Positions 32,237 through 43,622 of a stretch of 64,000 bases of DNA are shown here, piece by piece. Below the pieces are notes generated by a model, which worked only from the letters and a program-made list of their open reading frames with translations, had not been told where the DNA came from and did not search any database. How positions within the stretch are numbered: position 1 is the first letter of the stretch; every line of letters begins with the position of its first letter. Origin of the DNA: Obrimoposthia wandeli (Eukaryota); contig CDROCS010003321.1 of NCBI GenBank assembly GCA_977020255.1, forward strand, positions 1-64,000, written 5' to 3'. Both the position numbers and the translations under genes were made by a program.

Positions 32237-34210
32237 TTATGAGGCAATTGTTTTTGAAGTAATTGGCATTGAAGCAGCTGTTATTGAACCGGCAGTGTCG
32301 TACTCAATATTATCTTCAGAGATGATTTTGGCTCTGCCTGTATTTTTAGCTTGGTATAAGCGCTTATCTGCTAATTCGAATATGCTTTGCCACTGTGGAT
32401 CTTTTAACTCTGTCGAATGCGCTATACCAAAACTCAGTGATAAGTGATTTAGTTTGGAGTCGGCATAACCTATTGCAATGCTAGACATTGCAGCTTGCAC
32501 TCTACTTGCTACTTGTTCTGCTTGTTCGATTGAGTTATTAACCAAAATAATTAAAAACTCTTCACCGCCATAGCGAACAGCCAGATCTTCCTCTTCTCGC
32601 AAGTTATCTTTAATGGCTTGCGCTACCTCTGCAATACATAGATCACCTGCAGAGTGTCCATAGTGATCGTTGTATAACTTGAATTTATCTATATCGGTAA
32701 TGATCAACGCAAAATTACTATTTAGACCATCAGCGATGAATAAGTCCAATTTGCGGCGATTATAGAGGCCTGTTAATTTATCCGTTAGAGATTCGTCCGT
32801 AGCAATTTCTAGTGTTTTGATTAGCTTCTTTTCTTTTGATACTTCGTTGGTAATATCAATTAAAAGTGCCAGTTTACTCGGTTTTCCATCCCAGTCTATT
32901 GGTGTTGCGAAAAACCTAAAAAAGTGAGATCCAACTTCCAATCTCTCTTTATAAGATATGGTATTAATTGCCTCAAGCAGGTTTTGGGACACTATATTTG
33001 TATTTGATAGGCTATTCACATCCAACAATTGCTGGCAGTATTGATTACAGTACACAATGTGGCCTTCACTATAAATTATGACGGCTTGATTCGAGTTCTC
33101 TATGATTAGCATCAACTGTTTAACGTTCGATTCTATTTCTGTTCTTTGCTGTTCATTTCTCGCTATATATTTAAGCATCGATTTTGCAATCACACTGAAC
33201 TCTGAAACGCCTTGTGCCTCTTGATCTAATATTTGAGTGTTTTCTTTTGCTCCGATGCTTTTTGCTATGAGTATTAATCTTTTAGATACATTTTTATGGA
33301 AGAAAAACATCAGTAATATGGTAAAAAAAGTAGTAAAAAGCACTATTAAGAATTGTACTTGGGTAAAGCCAGTAGACATGTTGTGTAAGGATTGAGTCGC
33401 AATTTTTACCTGGCTTTTTAACAAGTTCATCCTATCAAATGAAATAGAAATTAACTGTTCAACGATGACATTGGTTTGAGTATTTAGTACCGATAAATTA
33501 ACAGATATATCATTTTGTTTCTCAATAATAGCAATAATACCTTCGACAGGGTCTGTAATAACCCCAATCAAAGAGTAAGTATCTGTATTGGTATTTGATA
33601 ATTTTAATGTTCGAGCCATTGCAACAAAACGCGTTTTAGCACGCTTAAATAAGAAAGTGGTCGGTAAATCAGGAAGCGAGCGTGCTAATAAGTAAAGCTG
33701 ATTCAATTCACTATTATTAAGCGTTGGATGATCCTCAATATTTTGCAGTTCTTCTACATAAGCTTTGTCTAATAGCTTTATTTTTTTCCTAAGCTTGGTT
33801 TGAGTTTCTATGAAACTATCGACTTCCAAACTGTACGAATTTACAATAGGTAACAGTTCTTGAGCCATTTTAACCATCAAAGCACTGTATTTATCACTGA
33901 TAATAGTATCGACTTCTATGGTAATTAAATTTAGATCACTTACCAGTTCTTGAACAATTACCCGGTTCCCAGCTTTGCTGGTTACATAAGGCAGTGCATC
34001 CATTTTGCGATGCACGTTTTTAATAGCTAAGTGTAAATCAGATGATTTGGATAATTCGGGTAGTAGCTTTTCGGACACAGACACGGTTGAAGAGTTAAAC
34101 TTACTCATCATCCAATAAGACAGACCTGTCATTACAAATAAAGCGATAAGCAGTACCAGCATCCCCCCGTTAATACGTGCGGATATACTGTCTTTCCACT
34201 TAATTTTCAT
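32237..34210 (-). CDS. Membrane sensor diguanylate cyclase (periplasmic domain, PAS-like, GGDEF)
   Basis: Two TM segments, PAS-like NSNQAVIIYSEGHIVYCN, DKLTGLYNRR and RYGGEEF; likely ATG at 34210. Confidence 0.9.
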   Translation of the reverse strand: MKIKWKDSISARINGGMLVLLIALFVMTGLSYWMMSKFNSSTVSVSEKLLPELSKSSDLHLAIKNVHRKMDALPYVTSKAGNRVIVQELVSDLNLITIEVDTIISDKYSALMVKMAQELLPIVNSYSLEVDSFIETQTKLRKKIKLLDKAYVEELQNIEDHPTLNNSELNQLYLLARSLPDLPTTFLFKRAKTRFVAMARTLKLSNTNTDTYSLIGVITDPVEGIIAIIEKQNDISVNLSVLNTQTNVIVEQLISISFDRMNLLKSQVKIATQSLHNMSTGFTQVQFLIVLFTTFFTILLMFFFHKNVSKRLILIAKSIGAKENTQILDQEAQGVSEFSVIAKSMLKYIARNEQQRTEIESNVKQLMLIIENSNQAVIIYSEGHIVYCNQYCQQLLDVNSLSNTNIVSQNLLEAINTISYKERLEVGSHFFRFFATPIDWDGKPSKLALLIDITNEVSKEKKLIKTLEIATDESLTDKLTGLYNRRKLDLFIADGLNSNFALIITDIDKFKLYNDHYGHSAGDLCIAEVAQAIKDNLREEEDLAVRYGGEEFLIILVNNSIEQAEQVASRVQAAMSSIAIGYADSKLNHLSLSFGIAHSTELKDPQWQSIFELADKRLYQAKNTGRAKIISEDNIEYDTAGSITAASMPITSKTIAS

Positions 34211-35720
34211 TATTAGACAAATCCACAAGTCTGTTCATGCTAGGACGAGAAATGTTTTGTTTCTTTGCTAAATACTTAGCGACAATATTCCAAATACGAT
34301 CTTTACTATATAAGTTATTAATCGGGGTTTTGTTTTTCAGCATATAATAGTCATCTGCCCCTTTTAAGTAGAAATCCTGCATGGCCATTTGATATGCCTC
34401 GTTTTTATTAAGGAGCTGCTTACCTATTTTAATTGATTTTACTCTAGAGCCTTGAGTTCCCTTTGAGTCATACACTACCTCCATGCCCGCCACATGAAAG
34501 AATCGTCCATCAATATACTCAATTCTACTAACAGAATTTTCCATCATATCCCATATTTCTGCTCCAGACATTTCAACCACTACAAAGTATCCGCCAAATG
34601 GAAATTCACTTTGTATGTCTCCTCTGGTAAATCTATACCCTACAGGATATTGGGCAGAGTTTCTTATAGAGCCCCCATTAATAACTGCTATTTGAGCTTT
34701 TGAAAACTCTTTAAGTGCATCAACAAAAACGTTAGCTAGTGCATTTTCTCTGGTACGTACCAGTTCCCTATTGGTATTAAAATTACTTTTCGCTGTAGCA
34801 ATATGTTCATTATACAAATACCCCAGTCGTAATTTGTATTTGTCAATAAATGCGGTGATTTTAGAGTCTGGCCTATGATCAGATAAACTTTTTACTTTAG
34901 CAGATACCTTAACACTCTTATCGTCATCTAGTTCCAATTCAATTAATACTGCATCCCCGTCTTGGCCTCCACCTACCACTATTACTGTTTGCCCTACCAG
35001 GAAAGTCTCATCTATTCCATCATTGGCAATTAAAATCAGATCAAAGTTGTAAGACTCTGCAATTTTTATACTCTCAGCACGGCTTAAATCAGTCATCAAA
35101 ACTTTTACATCTGAACTTTCCTGTTGTTTTTCGATACGTTTTAACACGTCATCCGTGTTAATTATCTTAACAAACTCAGGCGCGTAAGTAACAATAGTGC
35201 GCGGATTCATAACCGAAGCTATCGCAATTTCCATACCGTCAATATTAAACTTATATTCTTCGAATAACCCTTCAACAAATTCATTAGTACGCTTATCTAG
35301 AATATTACTAGAAACAATTGGGAACTGAGCGCCTTGTGCACGTAAAGACAATACGTCCACATCGTAGCTTAATTCTCGTTTACCAATGGAGTACAGTGAT
35401 ACATCCATGATATTTGCAAGCGAAATAATATTGTTTGCTTGATCGAACAGTGAAATAGCGCTGGGAGAAAAACTATCACCACCGTGCAAAAACAACGTAT
35501 TATTTGGCGCTTTTAAGCGAAGTTTATTCAATAATGTCCCAAGTTGGGGGAAATGCGCAACATTCTTTTTTAGCAGAATATTCGGCTGATTTGACGTATA
35601 AACAATATTAACTTTCGCATGCACCACGCTTACGCATGTAATTAGGGCAATTGAGGTACCAAAGTTAAAACTATATCTAAGTATGTTCTTGTAATTGCGC
35701 TTTAGTTTTTTAATATTCAA
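34200..35720 (-). CDS. UshA-like 5'-nucleotidase-fold periplasmic protein with degenerate metal site
   Basis: Signal peptide, GGDSFSPS, NGGSIR and FPFG C-domain; GKRE replaces GNHE. Confidence 0.82.
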   Translation of the reverse strand: MNIKKLKRNYKNILRYSFNFGTSIALITCVSVVHAKVNIVYTSNQPNILLKKNVAHFPQLGTLLNKLRLKAPNNTLFLHGGDSFSPSAISLFDQANNIISLANIMDVSLYSIGKRELSYDVDVLSLRAQGAQFPIVSSNILDKRTNEFVEGLFEEYKFNIDGMEIAIASVMNPRTIVTYAPEFVKIINTDDVLKRIEKQQESSDVKVLMTDLSRAESIKIAESYNFDLILIANDGIDETFLVGQTVIVVGGGQDGDAVLIELELDDDKSVKVSAKVKSLSDHRPDSKITAFIDKYKLRLGYLYNEHIATAKSNFNTNRELVRTRENALANVFVDALKEFSKAQIAVINGGSIRNSAQYPVGYRFTRGDIQSEFPFGGYFVVVEMSGAEIWDMMENSVSRIEYIDGRFFHVAGMEVVYDSKGTQGSRVKSIKIGKQLLNKNEAYQMAMQDFYLKGADDYYMLKNKTPINNLYSKDRIWNIVAKYLAKKQNISRPSMNRLVDLSNNEN

Positions 35721-36171
35721 GTCATCATCCTTTAAACAACTCTATACCTACGTTGTGTATAGTGAATCTATTTATATTTATTCTAGTCTAAAATACATTT
35801 TTTGGGAGCGATAATAAAAAAATATTCCGATTATTATCTTTTACGAAGAACCACTTAAGATAAAACCAAGCTTTAAGTAGGTATCTGTAAACAAATATAC
35901 GATTACCATACTTAAATGCGGCTTAACACATCACCACAAACAAACATTTATTGCGATGTATTAAAATGAAGAATAAAAATCATCAGGAAAAACTATACTG
36001 GTTAGCGAGACATCACTTTGTAATGCGGCTATTTATAGTTTATATTTTTACGCCCCAGCAAACTGTCGAAAAAGATATCAAACGATGATAACACAAGCCA
36101 AAAAGTGGCCAAATCAGTGGTCCTCTATTCAGCGGCCCTCTATATAGGTGCCTATTTATATATCTTAATCA

Positions 36172-36960
36172 TTAATCGCCATCTAACACTCTACCCAATC
36201 CACCGAGTACAGACCCCTCTCCTTTGCTTTCTCCCCCATTACTTGCAGCACTTTGAAATATACGATCAGCTAATCGAGAGAAAGGCATACTTTGTAACCA
36301 AACAGTCCCATGGCCACTTAACGTAGCTAAAAACATGCCCTCACCACCAAACAGCATGGATTTTAAACCACCCGAGCGTTCAATGTCATAGTCAATACCT
36401 GCTGTAAAGCCTACTAAGCACCCAGTATCTACTCTTAAAACCTCACCATTGAGCTCTTTTTTGATTAACGTTCCACCTGCATGAATAAAAGCCATACCAT
36501 CGCCTTCAAGCGTCTGCAAGATAAAGCCTTCGCCACCAAAAAAGCCCGCACCCAGTTTACGGTTAAATGTAATTGAAATTTTAGTACCCAAAGCCGCTGC
36601 TAAGAAAGAATCTTTTTGACAGATAACTCTGCCGCCTAATTCAGCCATGTTCAAAGGAACGATACAACCTGGGTAAGGAGCTGAAAAAGCGACTCTTTTT
36701 TTGCCTTGGCCTTCATTGGTAAAATGCGTAGTGAAAACCGATTCGCCCGTCATTTTACGTTTTGCAGCAGAAAACAACTTAGACATCACGCCTTCATCTG
36801 GGGTGGATCCATCACCCATTTTTGTCTCGAACTCAATATCTTGCTCCATATAATTCATAGCGCCCGCTTCGGCTATTACGGTTTCTGTTGGATCTAGCTC
36901 AACTTCTACTAGCTGTATATCGTGACCAATGATTTCGTAATCTACTTCATGACATTTCAT
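36172..36960 (-). CDS. TIGR00266/AIM24-family protein
   Basis: [25 protein letters not shown] and WLQSMPFSR; start at MKCHEVDY. Confidence 0.88.
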   Translation of the reverse strand: MKCHEVDYEIIGHDIQLVEVELDPTETVIAEAGAMNYMEQDIEFETKMGDGSTPDEGVMSKLFSAAKRKMTGESVFTTHFTNEGQGKKRVAFSAPYPGCIVPLNMAELGGRVICQKDSFLAAALGTKISITFNRKLGAGFFGGEGFILQTLEGDGMAFIHAGGTLIKKELNGEVLRVDTGCLVGFTAGIDYDIERSGGLKSMLFGGEGMFLATLSGHGTVWLQSMPFSRLADRIFQSAASNGGESKGEGSVLGGLGRVLDGD

Positions 36961-37254
36961 GTTTAGGTTCTTCCTTTTATCCAAAAAATTTATCTACTTA
37001 TACGACACTGTTAATAACGCATAGTTTATCTCAGTTCTATCAATGTACTATTAAAAGCCAAGAATACTAAAATATAAATGACAGCGTTACTCGATAGCTA
37101 TTTATAACAAAAATCCTGCGCTTAATGTACTTTATAAGATAAATGCTGTCCCATTCAAACAATCTTAATATATTTTTATTATTTATCATCAATTAAGATG
37201 TATATCAAAAGGCTCATAACAGCTAAAAACTTATTCAGATATTTGGAGTTGACG

Positions 37255-37674
37255 ATGAAAGAAAGCGAGAACTATTTAGGTGGGTGTTTATGCGAGGCTA
37301 TTCGCTATAAAGTAACGGGGCCATTAAGACCAGTAGTCGCTTGCCATTGTAGGCAATGTCAAAAATCTTCAGGTTTTCATGTCGCTGCAACCAATGCAGC
37401 ACAAACCGATTTAGTGTTACTAAAGCAGCAAAGCCTGAAGTGGTTCGCATCATCTGCCATAGCAAAACGAGCATTTTGCCAAGAGTGTGGCTCTAATTTA
37501 TTTTGGCAACAAAACGGCAGCACAACCATTAGCATCTTTGCCGGCACACTTGATCAGCCAACAAACCTTGAACTAGTTGAACATATTTATGTTAAAGATA
37601 AAGGTGATTATTATAAAATTGACGACAATTTGCCAAAGCATGATGGATTTGAATCGGATTTAGTGGGTCTTTAA
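37255..37674 (+). CDS. GFA-family protein
   Basis: GGCLC, CHCRQCQK and FCQECGS. Confidence 0.88.
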   Translation: MKESENYLGGCLCEAIRYKVTGPLRPVVACHCRQCQKSSGFHVAATNAAQTDLVLLKQQSLKWFASSAIAKRAFCQECGSNLFWQQNGSTTISIFAGTLDQPTNLELVEHIYVKDKGDYYKIDDNLPKHDGFESDLVGL

Positions 37675-37743
37675 GGTAGAAAGGTTAGTAAATAGGAAAA
37701 TAGATAGATTAAATAGCAGCGAGTAATTACTAAGCTTTTAAAC

Positions 37744-37773
37744 AAAAAAACCAGCGATAACGCTGGTTTTTTT
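37744..37773. terminator. Bidirectional intrinsic terminator
   Basis: A7-CCAGCG-ATAA-CGCTGG-T7 between convergent GFA and htpG genes. Confidence 0.88.
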
Positions 37774-37790
37774 ATAAAGCTAAAAGCTAA

Positions 37791-39719
37791 TTACTTGCTG
37801 AGTTCAAGTAGTAGCTTGTTCAAGCGAGTAACATAGCTTGATGGGTCATCTAATTGACCGCCAGCGGCTAAATCCGCTTGGTCAAAGATGATGTTTGCTA
37901 AATCGCTAAAGCGTTCTTCATCAGTTTCAACGTCCATTTTTTGAATTAATGGATGTTCAACGTTAATTTCAAAAATAGGCTTAGCATCAGGCGCTGCTTG
38001 ACCCGCTGCTTCCATGATTGCCTTCATCTGAGCACCCATATCATATGCATTTAACACAAGACACGCAGGTGATTCAGTTAAGCGATTAGTCACACGAACT
38101 TCAGACACTTTATCTGTTAAGCACTCTTTCAAACGATCCGTTAAACCTTCTGCTTCTTTAGCTGCATCTTCTTGGGCTTTTTTCTCTTCTTCGTTGTCTT
38201 TGTCGCCTAAATCTAGCTCGCCTTTAGCTACATCTTGGAATGACTTAGATTCAAAGTCGAAAATGTGGCTCATCATCCACTCATCGATGCGCTCTGTTAG
38301 CAATAACACTTCGATGCCTTTTTTACGGAAGATCTCTAAGTGCGGGCTGTTTTTAGCAGTATTGTAGTTCTCAGCAGTCACGTAGTAGATCTTTTCCTGA
38401 CCTTCGTTCATGCGTTCAATATAACCGGCAAGCGATACAGTTTGCGCATCATCACTGTTGTGGGTTGATGCAAAACGCATTAGCTTCATGATTTTTTCGC
38501 GGTTAGCAAAGTCTTCAGCAGGCCCTTCTTTAATAACATTACCAAATGCTTTCCAGAAAGTTTGGTACTTATCTTCGTTCTTGCTTAGTTTAGTAAGCAT
38601 ATCCAAAACGCGCTTTGTTAACGCTGCACCTAGTTTTTCTGCCGCTGGATCTTTTTGTAATATTTCGCGAGAAACATTCAAAGATAAGCTTGCTGAATCA
38701 ATTACACCTTTAATGAATCTTAGGTATAAAGGTAGAAACTCATCTACTTGATCCATAATGAAAACACGTTGGATGTACAGTTTTAGTCCACGTGGTGCTT
38801 CACGGTTCCATAAATCATGTGGTGCATTAGTTGGCACGTATAACAAGCTTGTGTATTCTTGCTTGCCTTCTACTCGGTTGTGGCTCCAAGTAAGTGCGTC
38901 AGTGTGGTCGTTTGATAAATGCTTATAAAACTCGTTATAGTCGTTATCTTCAACATCTGACTTATTACGTGTCCAAAGTGCTGATGCAGCGTTAACTGTT
39001 TCATCTTCAAGTACAACGGCTTCTTTTTCAGCTGCCTCATCGCCCTCTGCACTCGGTGCTTCCATCGGCGCTTCTTGCTGCATGATAACCGGTAAAGCAA
39101 TATGATCTGAGTACTTGCGAATTAAATGACGTAAACGGCTGCCATCGGCAAACTCTTCTTCTTCGTCTTTTAAATGCATTACAATTTGTGTGCCGCGCTG
39201 CGCTTTTTCAACAGTGGCTAACGTGAACTCACCTTTACCTTCTGAGCTCCAATGAACACCTTCAGACGCTGGAGTACCGGCTTTACGTGTATAAACATCG
39301 ACAGATTTAGCAACGATAAACGCTGAGTAAAAACCAACACCAAACTGACCAATCAACTGGCTATCTTTAGATTCGTCACCTGTTAACTGCCCTAAGAAGC
39401 TAGCTGTACCAGATTTCGCAATAGTACCTAAATGATCGACCGCTTCAGCGCGTGTCATACCAATGCCATTATCTGCAATCGTGACAGTTTTCGCATCTTT
39501 ATCGTAGCTAATACGAATGTTTAACTCACCATCGCCTTCGTATAAATCACCGTTTTCAAGCGCTTCATATCTTAGCTTCTCAGCTGCATCAGATGCGTTT
39601 GATACTAATTCACGTAGAAATATTTCTTTGTTTGAATACAAAGAGTTAATCATCAAATTAAGTAATTGATTGACTTCTGTTTGAAAGCCTAAAGTTTCTT
39701 GTTGGGTTTCAGTTGTCAT
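37791..39719 (-). CDS. htpG: Hsp90 chaperone HtpG
   Basis: [28 protein letters not shown] and [13 protein letters not shown]. Confidence 0.98.
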   Translation of the reverse strand: MTTETQQETLGFQTEVNQLLNLMINSLYSNKEIFLRELVSNASDAAEKLRYEALENGDLYEGDGELNIRISYDKDAKTVTIADNGIGMTRAEAVDHLGTIAKSGTASFLGQLTGDESKDSQLIGQFGVGFYSAFIVAKSVDVYTRKAGTPASEGVHWSSEGKGEFTLATVEKAQRGTQIVMHLKDEEEEFADGSRLRHLIRKYSDHIALPVIMQQEAPMEAPSAEGDEAAEKEAVVLEDETVNAASALWTRNKSDVEDNDYNEFYKHLSNDHTDALTWSHNRVEGKQEYTSLLYVPTNAPHDLWNREAPRGLKLYIQRVFIMDQVDEFLPLYLRFIKGVIDSASLSLNVSREILQKDPAAEKLGAALTKRVLDMLTKLSKNEDKYQTFWKAFGNVIKEGPAEDFANREKIMKLMRFASTHNSDDAQTVSLAGYIERMNEGQEKIYYVTAENYNTAKNSPHLEIFRKKGIEVLLLTERIDEWMMSHIFDFESKSFQDVAKGELDLGDKDNEEEKKAQEDAAKEAEGLTDRLKECLTDKVSEVRVTNRLTESPACLVLNAYDMGAQMKAIMEAAGQAAPDAKPIFEINVEHPLIQKMDVETDEERFSDLANIIFDQADLAAGGQLDDPSSYVTRLNKLLLELSK

Positions 39720-39787
39720 TTGTCATTGATCCTGTTGACTTGTAGAGCAGTTAAAAAAGTACGCTCATTGTTATATACCTGATAGCT

Positions 39788-39816
39788 AAAATGGGGGCTC
39801 CCCAAGAAGTTTCAAG
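39788..39816 (-). promoter_or_regulatory. Sigma-32 promoter of htpG
   Basis: On the - strand: CTTGAAA-N14-CCCCATTT. Confidence 0.85.
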
Positions 39817-39916
39817 GGTTGTTTAAATGAATTTCTTTAAAATCACTCGAAAACACCGTTGATAATCGATTTATGTCGCAGGTAGTGTGCTGGCTTTTTT
39901 AAGAATGAATTACTTA

Positions 39917-40675
39917 TCATATTTTATAGCGGTTAGATTTTTTCTTATCTAAGTTTATTTTTCCAATTTCACCAAGGTTCATCATTAAATTGGTGAGTGT
40001 CTCAGAGCGAAATTCCCGTCGATAGAGAATAACGGCAACAAATGCCGAGCTAAACATAAAAAGAGCGGGACTAATAAACCAAGCTAATGCAGACACCGAG
40101 AAGTAATATGTGCGCAAACCTATATTAAAATTGCCCGCAGCTTTAGAACACATAAGCGCTATACGCTCAGCGTGAAACTGTTTTGCTTCATCACTGATAT
40201 TATCCGCAGGTGTCGGTGCGCTACTGACCATCACCGATAAAAAGCCGTATTGGCGCAGGCTCCAAGTAAATTTAAAGAACGCATACAAGAAAACCACAAT
40301 CAGCAGCATTATTTTAAATGTCCAACCATTAACAGCAGTGGTTATAACAGGGATGTTAGATAACACCTTAGTCACTACATCATTTGACCCTAATAACGTA
40401 ATCAAGCCGGCTATAATCAAGATTGTTGTTGATGCAAAAAAAGAGACACTGCGCTCTAAGTTAGCAATGGTGGTTTCATCTGCAATTCTCACCTCTCTCT
40501 CTAGCATATGTAACATCCACTCAAATCGGTATTTATGTAACACATTGGCTAAGCACGGCGTGTCATAACTTTTAATTTGGGCGTAATACAAATAACCTTT
40601 AAAACAGCATAAAAACCACACTAAAGCGATTAGATCCCAAGCACTATTGGTAATAAAACTAATCAAGAATTGCAT
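39917..40675 (-). CDS. DUF599-family membrane protein
   Basis: SFFASTTIL, FFKFTWSLRQY and FNIGLRTYYF. Confidence 0.8.
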   Translation of the reverse strand: MQFLISFITNSAWDLIALVWFLCCFKGYLYYAQIKSYDTPCLANVLHKYRFEWMLHMLEREVRIADETTIANLERSVSFFASTTILIIAGLITLLGSNDVVTKVLSNIPVITTAVNGWTFKIMLLIVVFLYAFFKFTWSLRQYGFLSVMVSSAPTPADNISDEAKQFHAERIALMCSKAAGNFNIGLRTYYFSVSALAWFISPALFMFSSAFVAVILYRREFRSETLTNLMMNLGEIGKINLDKKKSNRYKI

Positions 40676-40903
40676 TTAACTGACATCTCCAATAAAAAAA
40701 TTGAGTATATTAAAGAATTATGACGCATTTGTGACAATATCCTCACATTAATTACACACTGATAACTAGGTAATAATAAGTAAATGATAATCTTAACTGG
40801 TGATGGATGGTAGGTATTTGTAATAAAAGGAATATAGGATATATAGATTTTATTACCTCGCTCTATTATGATGTGTATGTAGTCGTTATTTTTTGGAAAC
40901 GCC

Positions 40904-41224
40904 ATGTATTTTGAGTTATTTGATATTTTTATTTTGTCACTGATTTGTTTAGGGATTTACGCTTGGATCAGTGCACAAAAATCCCGTGAATATGCCCTAA
41001 GAACAGCAACTGCTGAATGCAAACGTTTAAACTTACAGCTGCTAGATGGTAATGCCAGTTTAAAAGGATTCAAAGTGCAACGAAACCCCCAGGGTAACTT
41101 AAGCCTCAAACGCACCTACAGTTTTGAATTTTCTGCAACAGGTGAAGAGCGCTATCAGGGAAAAGTCGTATTGTTGGGAATTACCGTTCAACAAATTCAT
41201 TTAGAACCACACAAAATTGTTTAA
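40904..41224 (+). CDS. DUF3301-family small membrane protein
   Basis: C...LQLLD...YSFEFSATGEERYQG. Confidence 0.75.
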   Translation: MYFELFDIFILSLICLGIYAWISAQKSREYALRTATAECKRLNLQLLDGNASLKGFKVQRNPQGNLSLKRTYSFEFSATGEERYQGKVVLLGITVQQIHLEPHKIV

Positions 41225-41378
41225 CAAATACCAATAGAGTTTAACTATTAGCTTAAATGTATTGATTTAAAAGGCTTTTTTGGCAACCAATTATTTACAG
41301 AATTTGTTAACTAAAACAAACACCAGATTTCTGATGATTTAGCTGTACCCTACTTCATCCATATAGAGGATAAAGAGC

Positions 41379-41849
41379 ATGGAAAGATTAACAATATCCT
41401 TAGATGATGAACTCGCATCCCAGTTTGATGAATACCTTAAAGAGCACGGATACAAAAACAGGTCTGAGGGCATGCGCGATTTAATTCGCGACAAGCTCGA
41501 GCGACAAAGTTTAGAGCAACAAGTCGTAGACCAGCAAACCAGTGGCGATTGTATTGGTTCCATGACATATATTTATAATCATCAAGAACGCGAACTAGCA
41601 GCGAAGCTTGCCCAAGCACTACATGACAACCACAATATAGCGGTGTCTACTTTAAGAGTCCCACTGGATCATAACCATTGCATGGAAACTGTCATGCTCA
41701 ATGGAGATACTCAAAAGGTAAACGATTTTTGTAATGACATAATAGCCAGACCCGGTATACGCCACGGTAAAGCGTATTTAATTCCTGTTAAAACCGAGCA
41801 TTATCATCATGAAGGCAAGTCACATATGCACAGTACGCCAAAAACTTAG
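41379..41849 (+). CDS. nikR: Nickel-responsive regulator NikR
   Basis: RHH domain RLTISLD...NRSEGMRDLIR; Ni-site His/Cys in YNHQE, HDNH and DHNHCME. Confidence 0.93.
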   Translation: MERLTISLDDELASQFDEYLKEHGYKNRSEGMRDLIRDKLERQSLEQQVVDQQTSGDCIGSMTYIYNHQERELAAKLAQALHDNHNIAVSTLRVPLDHNHCMETVMLNGDTQKVNDFCNDIIARPGIRHGKAYLIPVKTEHYHHEGKSHMHSTPKT

Positions 41850-41947
41850 CCTTCCTAAGGCTTTGGCTACTATTTATAATTAGTTCAATACCTGCCTTCT
41901 ATTAGCAAATAATCGCTAAAAACATCACCGAGACAAGCTATCTTCCA

Positions 41948-41972
41948 CGCTCGGCTTCACTTCGTGATGCGG
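41948..41972 (+). repeat. Dispersed repeat, partial copy 4
   Basis: CGCTCGGCTTCACTTCGTGATGCGG matches the 5' part of the copy at 44217. Confidence 0.6.
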
Positions 41973-42065
41973 ACTTTTGAAGCGCATAAGTACACGCCAC
42001 TAATTACCCTTGATAACTTAGGTTGTACCTCATTCACCTCTATTAAAATAAATGTAATAATTTGA

Positions 42066-42110
42066 GTATGATAAATTGAAAATTCATATGATTTAAAATA
42101 CACTTCATAC
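42066..42110. promoter_or_regulatory. Candidate NikR operator half-sites
   Basis: GTATGA-N12-TCATAT overlapping ATATGA-N13-TCATAC upstream of the nickel uptake genes; spacing is shorter than in E. coli (N16). Confidence 0.4.
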
Positions 42111-42137
42111 AAATTAATTTTTCGTCTTAAGGCTTGT

Positions 42138-42977
42138 ATGATTTCACATATCCGCTCATCTTTATTACATAACGCATTAAACACGACACGCTCACTATTT
42201 AAAAAAAACAGTCTGCTTAATAAAACCTGTACGCTGCTGGCGACTACCCTGCTCATGACCAATTATAGCTATGCACACTTTCAAGAGCTCATCCCGGATC
42301 GTGATTTTTTAAGCGCTACCCATTCACAACCACTATCCTTTGCTCTGCGCTTTACACACCCTATGTCGCAGGGACCAATAATGAATATGCCACTGCCAAA
42401 AAAATTATTAGTGATGAGCAATCAAGTAAAAACCGACCTTTTAGCTACGCTTAAAGCCATGCCCACTGACAGCAGGCAATGGACGTTTGATTATACCGTC
42501 ACACAGCCTGGTGACTTAAACTTTTACCTTGAGCCCAGCCCTTACTGGGAACCTGATGAAGGCAAAATGATTATTCATTACACTAAAGTTATCGTGGATG
42601 GCTTTGGTGATTTTAATGGTTGGGATCAGTTGGTAGATGCCCCTATAGAAATAGAGCCCTTAGCTAGACCTTATAGTCTGTGGGTTGGCAATAATTTCAG
42701 CGCTATTGTAAAGCAAAATGGCAAGCCTGTTCCTTTTGCAAAAATTGAAGTCGAATGGAGAAACGATGGATCAGTGATCGCACCAACTGATAGCTATGTT
42801 ACCCAAGTCATTAAAGCGGATGCTAATGGCACGTTTAATTATACGTTACCAAAAGCAGGTTGGTGGGGTTTTGCGGCACTTATAGATGCTGATTATCAAC
42901 TACAATCCCCTAGTGGTAAAAAAGTGCCGGTTGAGCTCGGTGGCTTAATTTGGATCAACGCAAAGCAAATGCAATAG
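42138..42977 (+). CDS. DUF4198 (NikK/CbiK-like) periplasmic protein
   Basis: Signal then [32 protein letters not shown] and GWWGFAAL. Confidence 0.8.
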   Translation: MISHIRSSLLHNALNTTRSLFKKNSLLNKTCTLLATTLLMTNYSYAHFQELIPDRDFLSATHSQPLSFALRFTHPMSQGPIMNMPLPKKLLVMSNQVKTDLLATLKAMPTDSRQWTFDYTVTQPGDLNFYLEPSPYWEPDEGKMIIHYTKVIVDGFGDFNGWDQLVDAPIEIEPLARPYSLWVGNNFSAIVKQNGKPVPFAKIEVEWRNDGSVIAPTDSYVTQVIKADANGTFNYTLPKAGWWGFAALIDADYQLQSPSGKKVPVELGGLIWINAKQMQ

Positions 42978-42986
42978 GACAAAATT

Positions 42987-43622
42987 ATGGCCCACATACC
43001 AGACGGTGTCGTTAGCACGCCAATATTAACTATTGGCGCATTAGGCACCATTGCAGCACTTAGCTATGGCTTAAAAAAATTAGATAGCGATAAAATCCCA
43101 CAAACTGCGATGCTCTCAGCCGTGTTTTTTATCTCATCATTAATCACTTTTCCGGTGGGTCCAAGTTCAATCCATTTACTGTTTAATGGCTTGATGGGGC
43201 TATTACTTGGCTGGGCAGCGACGCCTGCAATCTTTATCGCATTACTATTGCAACTTATGTTTTTCGGCTTTGGTGGGTTGCTAGTGCTAGGTGTTAATAC
43301 ATTCAACATGGCACTACCTGCTATCTTAGTTGCGGTCACACTAAGGCCGATACTGCTCGCTCATTTGGCTAAAAACGATGAAATTTCAAATAAATTCGCT
43401 ATTACAATAGGCGTGTTAGCAGGCGGTATTGCTATTGCAATGACCACCGTTTTATTAGGTACAAGCTTAGTACTCAGCGGGCAAGAGTTTGCACCAATGT
43501 TCAAGGTTATACTGGCAACTAACATCCCATTAATGATTATTGAAGCATGTGTCACGGGTGTCATTGTCAGTTTCTTAGCTCGCACCGCGCCTAAAACCTT
43601 CAATGCCCCGGTAAATAGTTAA
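42987..43622 (+). CDS. cbiM: ECF Ni/Co transporter S component
   Basis: N-terminal MAHIPDG; SIHLLFNG and LGVNTFNM. Confidence 0.9.
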   Translation: MAHIPDGVVSTPILTIGALGTIAALSYGLKKLDSDKIPQTAMLSAVFFISSLITFPVGPSSIHLLFNGLMGLLLGWAATPAIFIALLLQLMFFGFGGLLVLGVNTFNMALPAILVAVTLRPILLAHLAKNDEISNKFAITIGVLAGGIAIAMTTVLLGTSLVLSGQEFAPMFKVILATNIPLMIIEACVTGVIVSFLARTAPKTFNAPVNS

